Positions 24,226-34,894 of a stretch of 64,000 nucleotides of DNA are shown here, piece by piece. The DNA comes from Sporopachydermia quercuum (lineage: Eukaryota), in assembly GCA_001599295.1 (NCBI GenBank), contig BCGN01000008.1, positions 372,001 through 436,000 on the forward strand, given 5' to 3'. The position numbers and the translations under genes are program-made. How positions within the stretch are numbered: the stretch's first letter is position 1; each line of letters starts with the position of its first letter. A model generated the notes under the pieces. The model made no database searches and had not been told where the DNA came from. It saw nothing but the letters and a program-made list of their open reading frames with translations.

Positions 24226-25997
24226 ATCAATGATCTGTGTTCATATAGGCATTACCTTTCAGCATGTATGTGATCCTGACTGAATACCACAAAAGAATGC
24301 CAATACCTGGTCCAAAACGACACTTAAACAAGGGAACNACTCTGATAAAACAAATAAACTAACAGTTAGTTATTCCACTTTACATATCAATACAGCCATT
24401 AATATATTTCCAGTTCTCTTTCAATTGTTCCGAGTTGCCTTCCCATGTTCTAACATTGTTTGATCACCACATAGTAAAAGAAGTTTTTACCTAAAAGGTC
24501 AAACGCAAACGGAGATGATCTCACTATCACAAATCATCTTCTCCGGAACTATATAAGATCTTGTGTATTACCTCCAATAAACGACTTTTNCGAATCAGGA
24601 GAGGAGGTACAATCCTTAAGACAAGTGATTGCACTCTGCACAGTCATATACTTCTCAATTAGCTTCCGAAACTGCTTAATTTTCGGCGCCTAGCTTTTTG
24701 AAACTATGCCAAAAGCCAACAGAAACTCCAAAAGACTAATTCTATATTTGAGAGATCAGGACAAACGAAATTGTGATCAAAGAAAAGTGATTGTTCAAAC
24801 GGAGAAAATAAAGTTTACGAGATGATCCGAGACCCTCGGCTGCAGAAAATATAATCGAGAAACGTAATTCGAGATCAAATACAAAAACATGGTTGTTCGT
24901 TCTGCAGACAATGAAATGATCATTGATCCATAATCGGTAGCTTTTATATTGTTATTTTGCAGCGTTGTGTGAGTTAGTATAAATATGAGAATTCTGTTAA
25001 AAATACAGATTCACGACTTAGATTACCACTCAGATCTACTGGATTGGTTCGCTTATTCAGAAATGCTAATAGATCTTTGATTTAGTAAAACTTCGGAAAT
25101 AATAGCAATTGCAGAAGAAGCATTCGTTTCTACCTATAATATGTACTTGCAAGGATACCAAAGGCAACTGAGGAGAAACAGCACATAATTTTTCATTTCT
25201 GGCCATCAAATTAATATTAACTCTACGAAAAGAATTGCATATCGGTTATGTATTCTTCAAAATCTTACAACATATTGAAGAGTAACTCCAAACGATTATC
25301 AAACTGTAGCTCTTCTAGGTAAAATAGCGGAAACTATATAGAAAATAGATTTGCATTTGGACCCTCAACCAGACCCCCTAGAGTCTGCTTACAAATTTTT
25401 CAATTGATGGACAAGTAAATGCAGATTCTCCAAGTTTTGAAAATCTACTGTCCATGAAAAGCACCTTTTACTAATATGAATTAACGAAATAGTATTAGGC
25501 ATAAAACAAAACTTTGATTTAGTATATTTTTTGAAAGAACAGAATCTAGTATGAAATGTGAAATGTCAGTTGCGACCCTTGAGCATCGTCATAGAAAGAA
25601 GATTTAGGGTCTGAAAAAGATTTATGTATTCTGAAGGAACTGATAATTATCCTTTTTGGGCTTGGGTAAAAGTCGCAATAGCTTTGACAGTTTATATAAT
25701 TACATAAATTATATGACTAATATGCAAGCATCAACAAACCATACTTCTGATAATGATAAGAAACTTTTATCTCATTTGCAGGAAAATAGACTTTTTAAAA
25801 TATCTTTTTCAATCCAAGCACTGAGCTCAAACGTAATCTTTCTAAAGCTTGCTTGTACAGAAAATACACTAGAAATTCGACTAAAGCTTGCGCATCAGTA
25901 GTAAATATTGTGCACTGGCACATCAGCAAACATAAGACCAACGGAATATAGGTACACTTGTTTGCATGGACATTATAGTACGACTATCAAATCGAAA

Positions 25998-27639
25998 ATG
26001 ACTCAATCGCTATCAAATGAAAATGGTAAAGACAGAATCGTTTCTGATTTAGAAGTAAATCGAGTCCAAGAATTGGAAACTATTTTACCCCAGATATCGG
26101 AGAAGGTATTGGCTTATGTTACATCTGCCACTTCCGATACTTCGTCGGTTGGAGGTCGATTCACTCCAGAAGAACTAATAAAAGAATTATCAGTAGAACT
26201 TCCTGAACTAGGTAGGAAACAAGATGGAGTGCTGGAAATGTTTGATTTGATCGTGAAGTATTCAGTTAACACTTGGAGTCCTGGATTTCTTGATAAACTG
26301 TATGCAGGAACCAATCCTGCAGGGCTGATAGCTGATATCTTGCTATCAATCCTAAATACCAATTCTCATGTATTTACTGTTTCACCTGCATTAACTATCA
26401 TAGAGAAGAAAACAGCACATGAATATGCAAAGCTATTTGGTTTCACCAATGCTCACAGCGGAGGTATGACATTCCCTGGCGGTTCTTATTCTAATACCAC
26501 CTCCTTAACTATTGCTAGGTCTATCTTATTTCCTAGCACCAAGCTTGAAGGGAACGGTGCTTATCGATTTGCTGTGTTTTCGAGTGATCACTCACATTAC
26601 AGTATCGAGAAGGCTTGTATTATGTGTGGAATGGGCTCCAAGTCATTGTTTAAAGTGAGAGTAGATAGGGAAGGCCGTATGGTTCCTAGAGAGCTGGAAG
26701 CAGCTATAGGAACGGCCAGAAGCCAGGGATTTACTCCACTATATGTAAATGCGACAGCTGGAACTACTGTTTATGGTTCTTTTGATCCTTTTGACAAGAT
26801 TGCTGAAATATGCAAGAAGAATAGTATCTGGTTCCATGTTGATGGAAGTTGGGGAGGAAATGTGGTTTTTTCTGCTAATCAAAAACATAAGCTAAAAGGA
26901 GTTGAATTGGCGGACAGTTTAACTGTTAATCCTCATAAAATGCTCGGATGCCCAACTACCTGTTCTTTCCTTCTAACTCCTGATGAACGCATATTTCAAA
27001 AGGCCAACTCTCTAGCAGCCCCATATTTGTTCCATAACGTTGAAGGTTCTGATAACTATGATCTGGCAGATGGTACTATGGGCTGTGGCAGACGTCCTGA
27101 TGCTTTGAAGCTGTTCCTGGGTTGGTATTGGTATGGCAGAGCTGGTTACGAAGAAAGAATCGATCATGGGTTCAAAATCGCTACTTTTTTTGCAGAGAAG
27201 ATAGATAGTTTACCAAACTTCTTTCTGGTATCATCTGTTCCACCACCTTGTCTTCAAGTGTGTTTCTACTATTCTCCTGAAGCTGGTGAATTATCCCAAG
27301 ATAGAGAATATAACAGTAAAGTGACCAGAGCTATAGCTACAGCTATGCATTCCTCAGGTAAATTCCTAGTGGATTATGCTCCACCGAGCAAAAGAGAAGA
27401 GGAAGAAGGCCCTTTCAAAGGGGAGTTTTTCAGAGTTGTATTCAATTCACCAATGTAAGTGTTTTATGGTTGAGATAAGAGAAGATATTAATTTAGATAC
27501 TTTCAAAGAAGTTACGGATTGCACTATATATAAAACATTTATCTGAACCAATACTAACCATCACTATAGCGTTTCTAGTGATACTGTTCTTGATTTGATC
27601 AGAACTATACATTCATTAGGTCAATCATTGCAGTTTTAA
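25998..27639 (+). CDS. Group II PLP-dependent acidic amino acid decarboxylase (GAD/CSAD/GADL1/ADC family); exons 25998-27454 and 27570-27639
   Basis: FLDKLYAG, ATAGTTVYGSFD, WFHVDGSWGG, PLP lysine NPHKM, GCGRRPDALK. First ATG at 25998 (track start is TTG). Splicing restores a C-terminal helix: ...FNSPIVSSDTVLDLIRTIHSLGQSLQF*. Confidence 0.9.
27455..27569 (+). other. Spliceosomal intron (115 nt) near the 3' end of the decarboxylase gene
   Basis: GTAAGT at 27455, TACTAAC at 27552-27558, TAG at 27567-27569; junction AT|C keeps the frame. Confidence 0.88.
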
Positions 27640-28304
27640 ATTGAGAAATGGAGCATTGTGGATTTGATGAACGAACTTGATCTTAGATCGTAAATGAGGC
27701 ATCCACGAAACTGGATTATCCACTGACAGTGAGATTAGCAAAAATTACATTTATTAACGTACAATTAGTATGCTGTCAACAGAAAATAGAGCTTTGATGG
27801 ATAAGGATAAAATAAAAGGTGAGGAGTAAAAGGGATAAATATAAATACATATATATAATAAAGAAGAACAGAAAAAAGCATATGAGTATCAGAAATAAAT
27901 GAATGCTTTGATAATGAAACGAATGAGGAATTTGGGTAGATTGTTCAAAGTGCACTTTAGATTCAGTAAGTGCGTATCGTAATGTTCCTATATTTATAAA
28001 GCAAAATTTTAAAGATTTATAAATTTACAAGAACAATAGAGTAATAATGAACCTTAGTTAATATAATAAAACAGCATAGCACATTCATCAATAACTATGC
28101 ATGAAAAATTAAATAATGATCCAGTAGTACAATTGTAATATCGTAGCGTTGTTATAGAATAACATTATTTGTTGCAAATAAAAAGCATACAATTGTCCTA
28201 CTAAAACCAATACCTACCCTCGCTACTAACTAATCATATAAAGTAACATCATATTATCATCTTCATACACAGACTTATCATATATACAAGAGAGAGAACC
28301 AAAA

Positions 28305-29067
28305 TTACGTTTCCTTTTTGCTTGAAAGACCTTCAAGCTTAGCTAATTCTTCCGAGGGATTGAAATCACCACTTGATAGATGCTTGTATGTTTCATCATA
28401 CTTGCCTGTTGATAAAGGACCATTTCCCCTAAATCGTTTCCTCATATCGGTGATACCACGTCTTAGTATGTTAGTAAGTGAATCATTATCAATGGGGGGT
28501 AAGACAGTTACTAGGAACAAAACTGCCCTACTACTACGGCAATGATGAAAGTCCAACGCTAGCAGTGATATATCTTTATAATCCCCTCTGTTACAATAAT
28601 CTATTTCTTAAATATTCGCCATAAACTTACTTGCAATCCAGAAACTCAGACATTAACCATCTACACTTCTCCGGAAGATCTTTGTTTAACTCTGGATTCT
28701 CCAAACACTCCTTTGGTGTGTTTCGTTCAATCATGACACATGGCGAGCGTTGCAGACAAATCGCTACAGCTATTTTGAGGTCTTTACAACTAAATAAAAC
28801 TATGTTAGTTTCGTTGATGTTTAAAGACCGCAATAGTGTCAATACATGATGGCCAAGAATAACAAAGCTCTAGCAAGTACGCAATAAGCATAAGCGTAAG
28901 AATAGAAGGTTAAACAATGAAAATGATTAAAACAGTCGGAAAAACAAGTATATCACTCAAGAAAGTTCAGTCTTTACTCTTGATAGCCATCACAGAACAC
29001 AACCATATCCTGATGGGTTGATTGATAAACATCATTCACATGTTGTAAACACTTACCTTGATACCAT
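28305..29067 (-). CDS. PET191: Cytochrome c oxidase assembly factor Pet191 (twin CX9C-type), 108 aa; exons 29067-29057, 28789-28631, 28461-28305
   Basis: Spliced product MVSSCKDLKIAVAICLQRSPCVMIERNTPKECLENPELNKDLPEKC...FLDCKRGITDMRKRFRGNGPLSTGKYD... closely follows yeast Pet191; 11+159+157 = 327 nt, in frame. Confidence 0.95.
28462..28630 (-). other. PET191 intron 2 (169 nt), AAG acceptor
   Basis: GTAAGT at 28630; TACTAAC-atact-AAG; junction AA|A gives the conserved DCKRG. Confidence 0.9.
28790..29056 (-). other. PET191 intron 1 (267 nt)
   Basis: GTAAGT at 29056; AACTAAC branch point near 28810-28804; tttatttAG acceptor ending at 28790. Confidence 0.9.
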
Positions 29068-30004
29068 CCTTGATTAGCTGAATTCGATGCTGAATATCAA
29101 CAAATACAAGCCCTTATATAATCAAATAATTGTATAGAGCTCGACAAGTTCTAGTTGGATCATTTCGTCTTAATGTCTAATAAATAACATTCGTATAAGA
29201 ATAAAAATGTAGATAGTTCAATCAAAAGTAAGCTTTGCGAGGTCAGGTATCGGAGACGATGAGAAAAAGTAAGCTCTTCATCATTTCCGATATACATAAA
29301 TATATTGCGGATCACGTAAACAAAATCAAGAATGAGTTTTTGAGAATTGAAAGGAGACCTCACACTCCGCCTTGACTTCTTTGAGAATCTAAGAAAGATG
29401 CAAGGCTTATGTAACGAAAAAGTGGCTTTATTTAATTTTACATACATTGTTTTCGGCTATACAAGCAGAACATTTCAATCCTGTGTAAGCATTCAATCCT
29501 ACAATCTTTCTGAACACTGAATCTCTTCAATCGCATTATACATATANATACATTAAACTTAATCCTTAAACTTAACTTTTCAAATTTCGATCACGTAATG
29601 CTCAAAGGACCTCGTCCTTCACTCGTTCTTCTTCCTTGTTGACCGGCCACCGCTTAGATGTCTGATGACTTAAAGATCCCGATTTTTATGCACTTCCAAT
29701 CTAATTAAGGCTCCAAACTTCCATTTATTGAAATAGGCCTAACCGGATTATAAATTTATACGAACTATATATATATACCGAGAACTATTTCCTTTCCTCC
29801 AACACTCTACCGTCATTTATCATTGTGATCCCCACAATAATCAGCTAATCACTCCACCAAGCAACTAATCCGAAAAGCATCAAACAATCTTTACAGCTAT
29901 TGCAACACATCTGAAGATGATGGCATTTAATCACAGTCTCTAAGCCACCCTTCTTTGCAATAAAATATATTTATATTGTTTTTCATACGTTATAACCTGC
30001 AAAT

Positions 30005-33000
30005 ATGACCCTGAACTTCTTGCCTGGAGAACCCAACTCGACNGTGCAAAGCGTATCATGGGTTCAATGGAACAATCATAGAATACTTGCTTATGGCTCT
30101 GGAAATAACCTGATAATTCTTCTGGGCAACAATGAAAGCCTCCAGACTATTTATTTGGAGGAAGATGCTAGCGCGGTACTTGTAAACTATCGCAATGGCT
30201 ATATAGCCGTGGCTGTAGGTGATAGAGTGGAAATATACACTCCTGACAGTGAAATAAGCAGAATTCCCCATTGGAAACTCCTAGCTGAAGTCCATGATAC
30301 AGAAAGTCCTTCTACTGTGAATTCCGTTTCATGGTGCGGAAAAGATGAGCTAATGGTTGGTTCAGACAGGTTAGTTCTATGGGACATTCAACTTCTGTTT
30401 GGTGATCTTACCATAAGGAAGCTATGGCAGTCTCAAATGGCATCTCCTATCCATCAAGTATTTTCTAGTCAGAACTCTCAATTGGTAGCAACTTACAGTC
30501 AGTTTGACCGTCTAGTGAAAGTTTGGACTCGTCTGTCCTTTGATAAAGATAATGTTGATTTTGATTTTGAATATCTGCCACATCCAAGTGCTGTGACATA
30601 CATCCGGTGGAGGAATTGTGTCCAAGATGTAGAAACGGAGTCCAACGTATTATACACTGTTTGCAGAGATGGATATTTACGTATTTGGTGTCAATTAGAT
30701 GTCAATGGGCTAAGCTCCATACAGTTATGGGGCTCCTTGAATTTGTATCAAGAGTTCCCGCGGTTAAGTGACAATCGTAATACTGGTTCTAATTCCACAG
30801 ATCAACAGGATGTCAGATTTGTTCATATTATTGATAACCATGTAGTTGCACGAGCTACAGAACAGTGCGTTATGCTAAATAGTAAGAATTCCTCTACTAG
30901 TGACGATGGTAACAGTGAAGACACTTCAGAAACTCTAGCTAGAACTATTGCCATAGCTCAGAAAAACCCTGAATTAGTTTTTGTCACAAGCCCTTCTTTA
31001 CGNTCAGTATTATATTCAATTGAAAACCTTTCTCAGAACCCTCCAGGAAGATGCAAGATATCAAAAATAGGGTTAGTCCAGTTCCCCGAGTCCTCCCTTC
31101 GTTTAGGTGCCCGGCATGTGAATTTCTTTGAGATGCCAGCGCAAACCATAGCATCAAAACCAGGAACGGCAACAACGTTGCCAGATGAATACAGCATTGA
31201 GTTCTTTATACATGATTTCCGAGGTTTATTAATCAATTATGCTGCTCGATTTGAAGACCTGGTGATGGGGAACTCTCACACCGGAACAAAACTAAAGGCA
31301 CGACTTCAGAATGTATATACTGGGCACAGTAAGTCTATTCAGCAATTATACAGGACTCCTGATGGCTCGGCAGTGTTATCGGCGTCCAGATTCTGCGAGA
31401 ATGCTGTTTGGATCCCCTACAGCTTGCAGCAAGGTCGAACCCTTCGCAAACAGAGTCTGGTGACCACTCCAAGTCCAGTACAGAAAGCTGTGATCCTCCA
31501 ACAGGGAAATTACGTTGTAACACTTGTGGAAAACGAAATTCTGCTATGGGAATGCCCAACGGAGGATGGCGTTTCTCATGGTATTTTACGAGCTTCCTGT
31601 TCTACTCAGCATACAGAAAAGCCTTACTGTTTGTTTGACCTGCCAAAAGATGAATCCTCAGCAACAGAAATTTATCGTATAGTTGCAATTTACAATAAGG
31701 AAACAGTTATAGTTTGGCAAGTATGTATTAGTGCAAACAGCTCTATGAGAGAACTCTGCAAATGCACTCTGCCAGTTAAAGACGACCTGTACAAGGCAGA
31801 ACCAGTTGACCCTGTGGCATGGAACACAGAGCTAGAGAATAAAAGCCAGTTAGATATTCTACAACGAGAAGTTCTCACAACAATCTCACGCACAGGAACC
31901 ATGCGTAGTTGGACACTGGTAGTGCAACAAAGAGGAGACGGCTGTACTACTGTGAAATGGCTCCGTCTAGCGAAAATTGAAACTGGCGTGCTTGCGGCCT
32001 CCCGGCTTAGAGGTTCATCTATCAGAAAGATTGGTCTGNTAAGCGAAGATGGCTTGCAGCTTTCAATCTGGGACACGAAAAATCTTATTATGGAGTACGA
32101 GGAAACGTTTCCCACGGGAGAACCTGTGCGCGACGTCGATTGGACTTCTTCTACTACAGGCCAAAGCATTCTGGCAGTAGGGCTAGCTCAGAAAGTAGTT
32201 CTATACTGCCAGTTGCGTTTTGACTATACTAACAACACACCCGCATGGGGAATCTTCAAATCGGTTGATCTCACTACATATACTACACATCCATTGGGAG
32301 ATTCTGCTTGGCTTGCAGATGGTACATTAGTTGTAGCAGCGGGTAACCAGCTATTCATCCAGGATAAAAAAATTGATGCTGACGATAAGGCAACCAAGCG
32401 CCAGATTAAAACTATTGCTATGGGTGAATCTGGTGGAGACATTTTCACAGTTGCTTCTGTTTTGAATGGGCCGCTACCATTTTATCATCCCCAGCTGGTT
32501 ATTCAAACGATTCTGGTAGGGAAGATCTCAGTAGCAATGAAAATCCTTCTACAGTTGTTCCTCAAATTACGCCAGTGTGACTTAGACCCAGATTTCACAC
32601 CGGAACAAATTCCTACAGACTTGGGGCTGGAAATTGATTTATTCTATCAAACTGGACACTCCATGAGAATCATGGAAACAGGAATAGCTGCTCAGGGAGT
32701 TCAAGGATCAGATGATGAGTTATATACAGAGTTTTCGAGCGAAATTGCTATTAAACTAAATGAGAAACTTCAGCACGTATCACTACCTTTCCTTACAGGC
32801 CATCAGCAAATCTCCTTATTGTCTGTTATAGAAGCCATGCAACAAGTCGTACTACATTTCAGATCACTCGATGATAACGGTATCAGATATTTACTGGGAT
32901 TCCGACTGTTTCAAGCACACAGAGGTAAACAGGAAGCAATGACCATGCGAGATTACACGTTTGCCTATCATTCAGACTCTAAGGATATTCTGCTTGACCT

Positions 33001-34330
33001 TGTGGCATCCTCAATTGGCAATAAAATCACTTGGGAACACGCCAGGCAGTTTGGNCTCGCTTACTGGCTCAATGAACCGACATTAACNGCCCAGTTTGAC
33101 CAAATTGCAAGAACAATGTTCACTGCTACTGCACAGGAAAGATATAGGAGGCCAGAAAAATGCTGGCTCTTTTATATGGCATTGAAGAAAAAACAAGTTG
33201 TTTTGGGACTATGGAAAACAGCTCGGGGGCATCCTGAGCAAGCAAAAATGGTGAAATTCCTCAGAAATAACTTCGGAGAACCTCGTTGGAAATCGGCAGC
33301 TTTGAAAAATGCCTTTGCCTTGCTTGGTAAACATAGATTTGAAGACGCAGCAACGTTTTTCTTATTGGGAGATGCTTTGAAAGACGCTTGCAATGTAATC
33401 GTGCGGAATATGCAAGACCTCTCGCTGGCTGTAGCAGTAGCCAGAGTTTACGGTGGAGACAAATCGGATGAGGTAGCAGACCTGTTAGATAATTATCTTA
33501 TACCAGAAGCTGTTATTAAAGGAGACCGTTGGCTGACACATTGGATCTATTGGAAACTTGGCAAACGGGATTTAGCCATAAGAGCTTTAGTAATGGCTCC
33601 TTATAAAGTAGTACGACAACCAGGAAAAATTGTTACTAGAAAAGAAGATCTCAAAGGTAATTTATCGTTCCTAGAGAACGATCCTGTACTAATAGTAGTC
33701 TACAGACAATTAAGAGCCCGAACGCTTAAAGCATTGAAAGGTGCAGTTTCGGTGGCACCACAAATGGAAATCAACGTGCTAATGAAAGTAGTGGAGATCT
33801 ATGATCGTATGGGCTGTGATGTATTGGCCTTGGATTTAGTACGGAACTGGAAGTTCCTTATCTTACCAGTGGTACAGTCTGATAGACGCCGGAGCGGTGT
33901 TATGGAACTTACGCAGAGTGTAAATTCTAGCATTGAGTCCAAGTCACCTGACTTGGAACAACATTTTTCCCTACTGGATAATTCGCACGCAGATTCATTG
34001 CTCCAGGGTGATATCCCCGACCAAACTGTTGAAAGCTGGAGACAAGAAGTACTAACAAAAGATGCTACGAATACGCCTACAGGTATAACAGCTCCACCGT
34101 CTAGAGGAGAAGTCTCTGTTCAGAATGGAACCAACAGTAACAATGGTGATGCCTTACCAGAACAATTGAATAGAAGATTCTCCTTAATCAACAGAAAGAC
34201 GTTCAGATCAGGTTTAAATCCAGAAAGTGATGATCAACAAGAACTATTACGAACGACAGTTAACGATTTGAAACCTCCAAGCTCCGAATTCAAGGAGCCT
34301 GACATGAGTGCTTTTGATTTTGGATTTTAG
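30005..34330 (+). CDS. RAV1: RAVE complex subunit Rav1 (V-ATPase assembly; WD40 repeats plus Rav1p_C domain)
   Basis: MTLNFLPGEPN start, EYLPHP, LNGPLPFYHPQ, PRWKSAALKNAFALLGKHRF, C-terminal EPDMSAFDFGF; 1441 aa. Confidence 0.95.
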   Translation: MTLNFLPGEPNSXVQSVSWVQWNNHRILAYGSGNNLIILLGNNESLQTIYLEEDASAVLVNYRNGYIAVAVGDRVEIYTPDSEISRIPHWKLLAEVHDTESPSTVNSVSWCGKDELMVGSDRLVLWDIQLLFGDLTIRKLWQSQMASPIHQVFSSQNSQLVATYSQFDRLVKVWTRLSFDKDNVDFDFEYLPHPSAVTYIRWRNCVQDVETESNVLYTVCRDGYLRIWCQLDVNGLSSIQLWGSLNLYQEFPRLSDNRNTGSNSTDQQDVRFVHIIDNHVVARATEQCVMLNSKNSSTSDDGNSEDTSETLARTIAIAQKNPELVFVTSPSLXSVLYSIENLSQNPPGRCKISKIGLVQFPESSLRLGARHVNFFEMPAQTIASKPGTATTLPDEYSIEFFIHDFRGLLINYAARFEDLVMGNSHTGTKLKARLQNVYTGHSKSIQQLYRTPDGSAVLSASRFCENAVWIPYSLQQGRTLRKQSLVTTPSPVQKAVILQQGNYVVTLVENEILLWECPTEDGVSHGILRASCSTQHTEKPYCLFDLPKDESSATEIYRIVAIYNKETVIVWQVCISANSSMRELCKCTLPVKDDLYKAEPVDPVAWNTELENKSQLDILQREVLTTISRTGTMRSWTLVVQQRGDGCTTVKWLRLAKIETGVLAASRLRGSSIRKIGLXSEDGLQLSIWDTKNLIMEYEETFPTGEPVRDVDWTSSTTGQSILAVGLAQKVVLYCQLRFDYTNNTPAWGIFKSVDLTTYTTHPLGDSAWLADGTLVVAAGNQLFIQDKKIDADDKATKRQIKTIAMGESGGDIFTVASVLNGPLPFYHPQLVIQTILVGKISVAMKILLQLFLKLRQCDLDPDFTPEQIPTDLGLEIDLFYQTGHSMRIMETGIAAQGVQGSDDELYTEFSSEIAIKLNEKLQHVSLPFLTGHQQISLLSVIEAMQQVVLHFRSLDDNGIRYLLGFRLFQAHRGKQEAMTMRDYTFAYHSDSKDILLDLVASSIGNKITWEHARQFXLAYWLNEPTLXAQFDQIARTMFTATAQERYRRPEKCWLFYMALKKKQVVLGLWKTARGHPEQAKMVKFLRNNFGEPRWKSAALKNAFALLGKHRFEDAATFFLLGDALKDACNVIVRNMQDLSLAVAVARVYGGDKSDEVADLLDNYLIPEAVIKGDRWLTHWIYWKLGKRDLAIRALVMAPYKVVRQPGKIVTRKEDLKGNLSFLENDPVLIVVYRQLRARTLKALKGAVSVAPQMEINVLMKVVEIYDRMGCDVLALDLVRNWKFLILPVVQSDRRRSGVMELTQSVNSSIESKSPDLEQHFSLLDNSHADSLLQGDIPDQTVESWRQEVLTKDATNTPTGITAPPSRGEVSVQNGTNSNNGDALPEQLNRRFSLINRKTFRSGLNPESDDQQELLRTTVNDLKPPSSEFKEPDMSAFDFGF

Positions 34331-34405
34331 AGTTCCTATATAACACTAGTTAATGCCCCAATAATACCATGATATACTATTGATATTTAAATGCAATTGC
34401 TACCA

Positions 34406-34894
34406 TCAATTGTGTGTGATGGTTTGTTTTCTTCTGAACGGACTCAAAATCTCAACAATATGATATATGTTGTTCCATCTCAGTGGTAGTTCTGTTTGAA
34501 TGCATGAATATAGAAACAAGCTGAAAAACATCACAACTGGTAGTCCTAAATAAAACATGGCAGTATCATAAGCATAACATGCATGATAACCTAACGCGCA
34601 AACAGGTATTTTATAGTCATTTCTAGTGATATTTCTCTCATATTGTTCGCCTAATTGCAATTGAGTAATAAACCATGACCAAAGTCTTCCTTTCACTGAT
34701 TCAAACATATCGTAGAATACTATTGGAATCAGTACAATGAGCATTATCTCAGATAATAGGATAAATACTTTCTTAACCGAGATGTAACTCTTCACCCTTT
34801 TTTCCAACCGTTTCTTTCTATCTTCATGATTGTTTCTATGACCAGAATACCGATGATCCCAAAATTCTCCAAATCGGAGGTATAAATTGAGCAT
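34406..34894 (-). CDS. Hypothetical membrane protein with two predicted TM segments, no family recognised
   Basis: Open frame of 162 aa from first ATG (34894) in AT-rich DNA, not overlapping another gene; hydrophobic VFILLSEIMLIVLIPIVFY and AMFYLGLPVVMFFSLFLYSCI. Confidence 0.5.
   Translation of the reverse strand: MLNLYLRFGEFWDHRYSGHRNNHEDRKKRLEKRVKSYISVKKVFILLSEIMLIVLIPIVFYDMFESVKGRLWSWFITQLQLGEQYERNITRNDYKIPVCALGYHACYAYDTAMFYLGLPVVMFFSLFLYSCIQTELPLRWNNIYHIVEILSPFRRKQTITHN

Noticed and set aside
23657..24283. 208 aa antisense ORF over RAD26 and the many other short antisense or nested track ORFs
   Set aside because: Shadow frames of real genes with no protein-like motifs.
28542..28590. 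ATGATGA followed by AGTCCAACGCT, complementary to a 25S rRNA segment as I recall it
   Set aside because: Antisense to the host intron and no D or D' box after the guide.
28967..29035. C/D-like pair (ATGATGT...CTGA) in PET191 intron 1
   Set aside because: Imperfect C box, no terminal stem and no rRNA-complementary guide found; needs snoscan to revisit.
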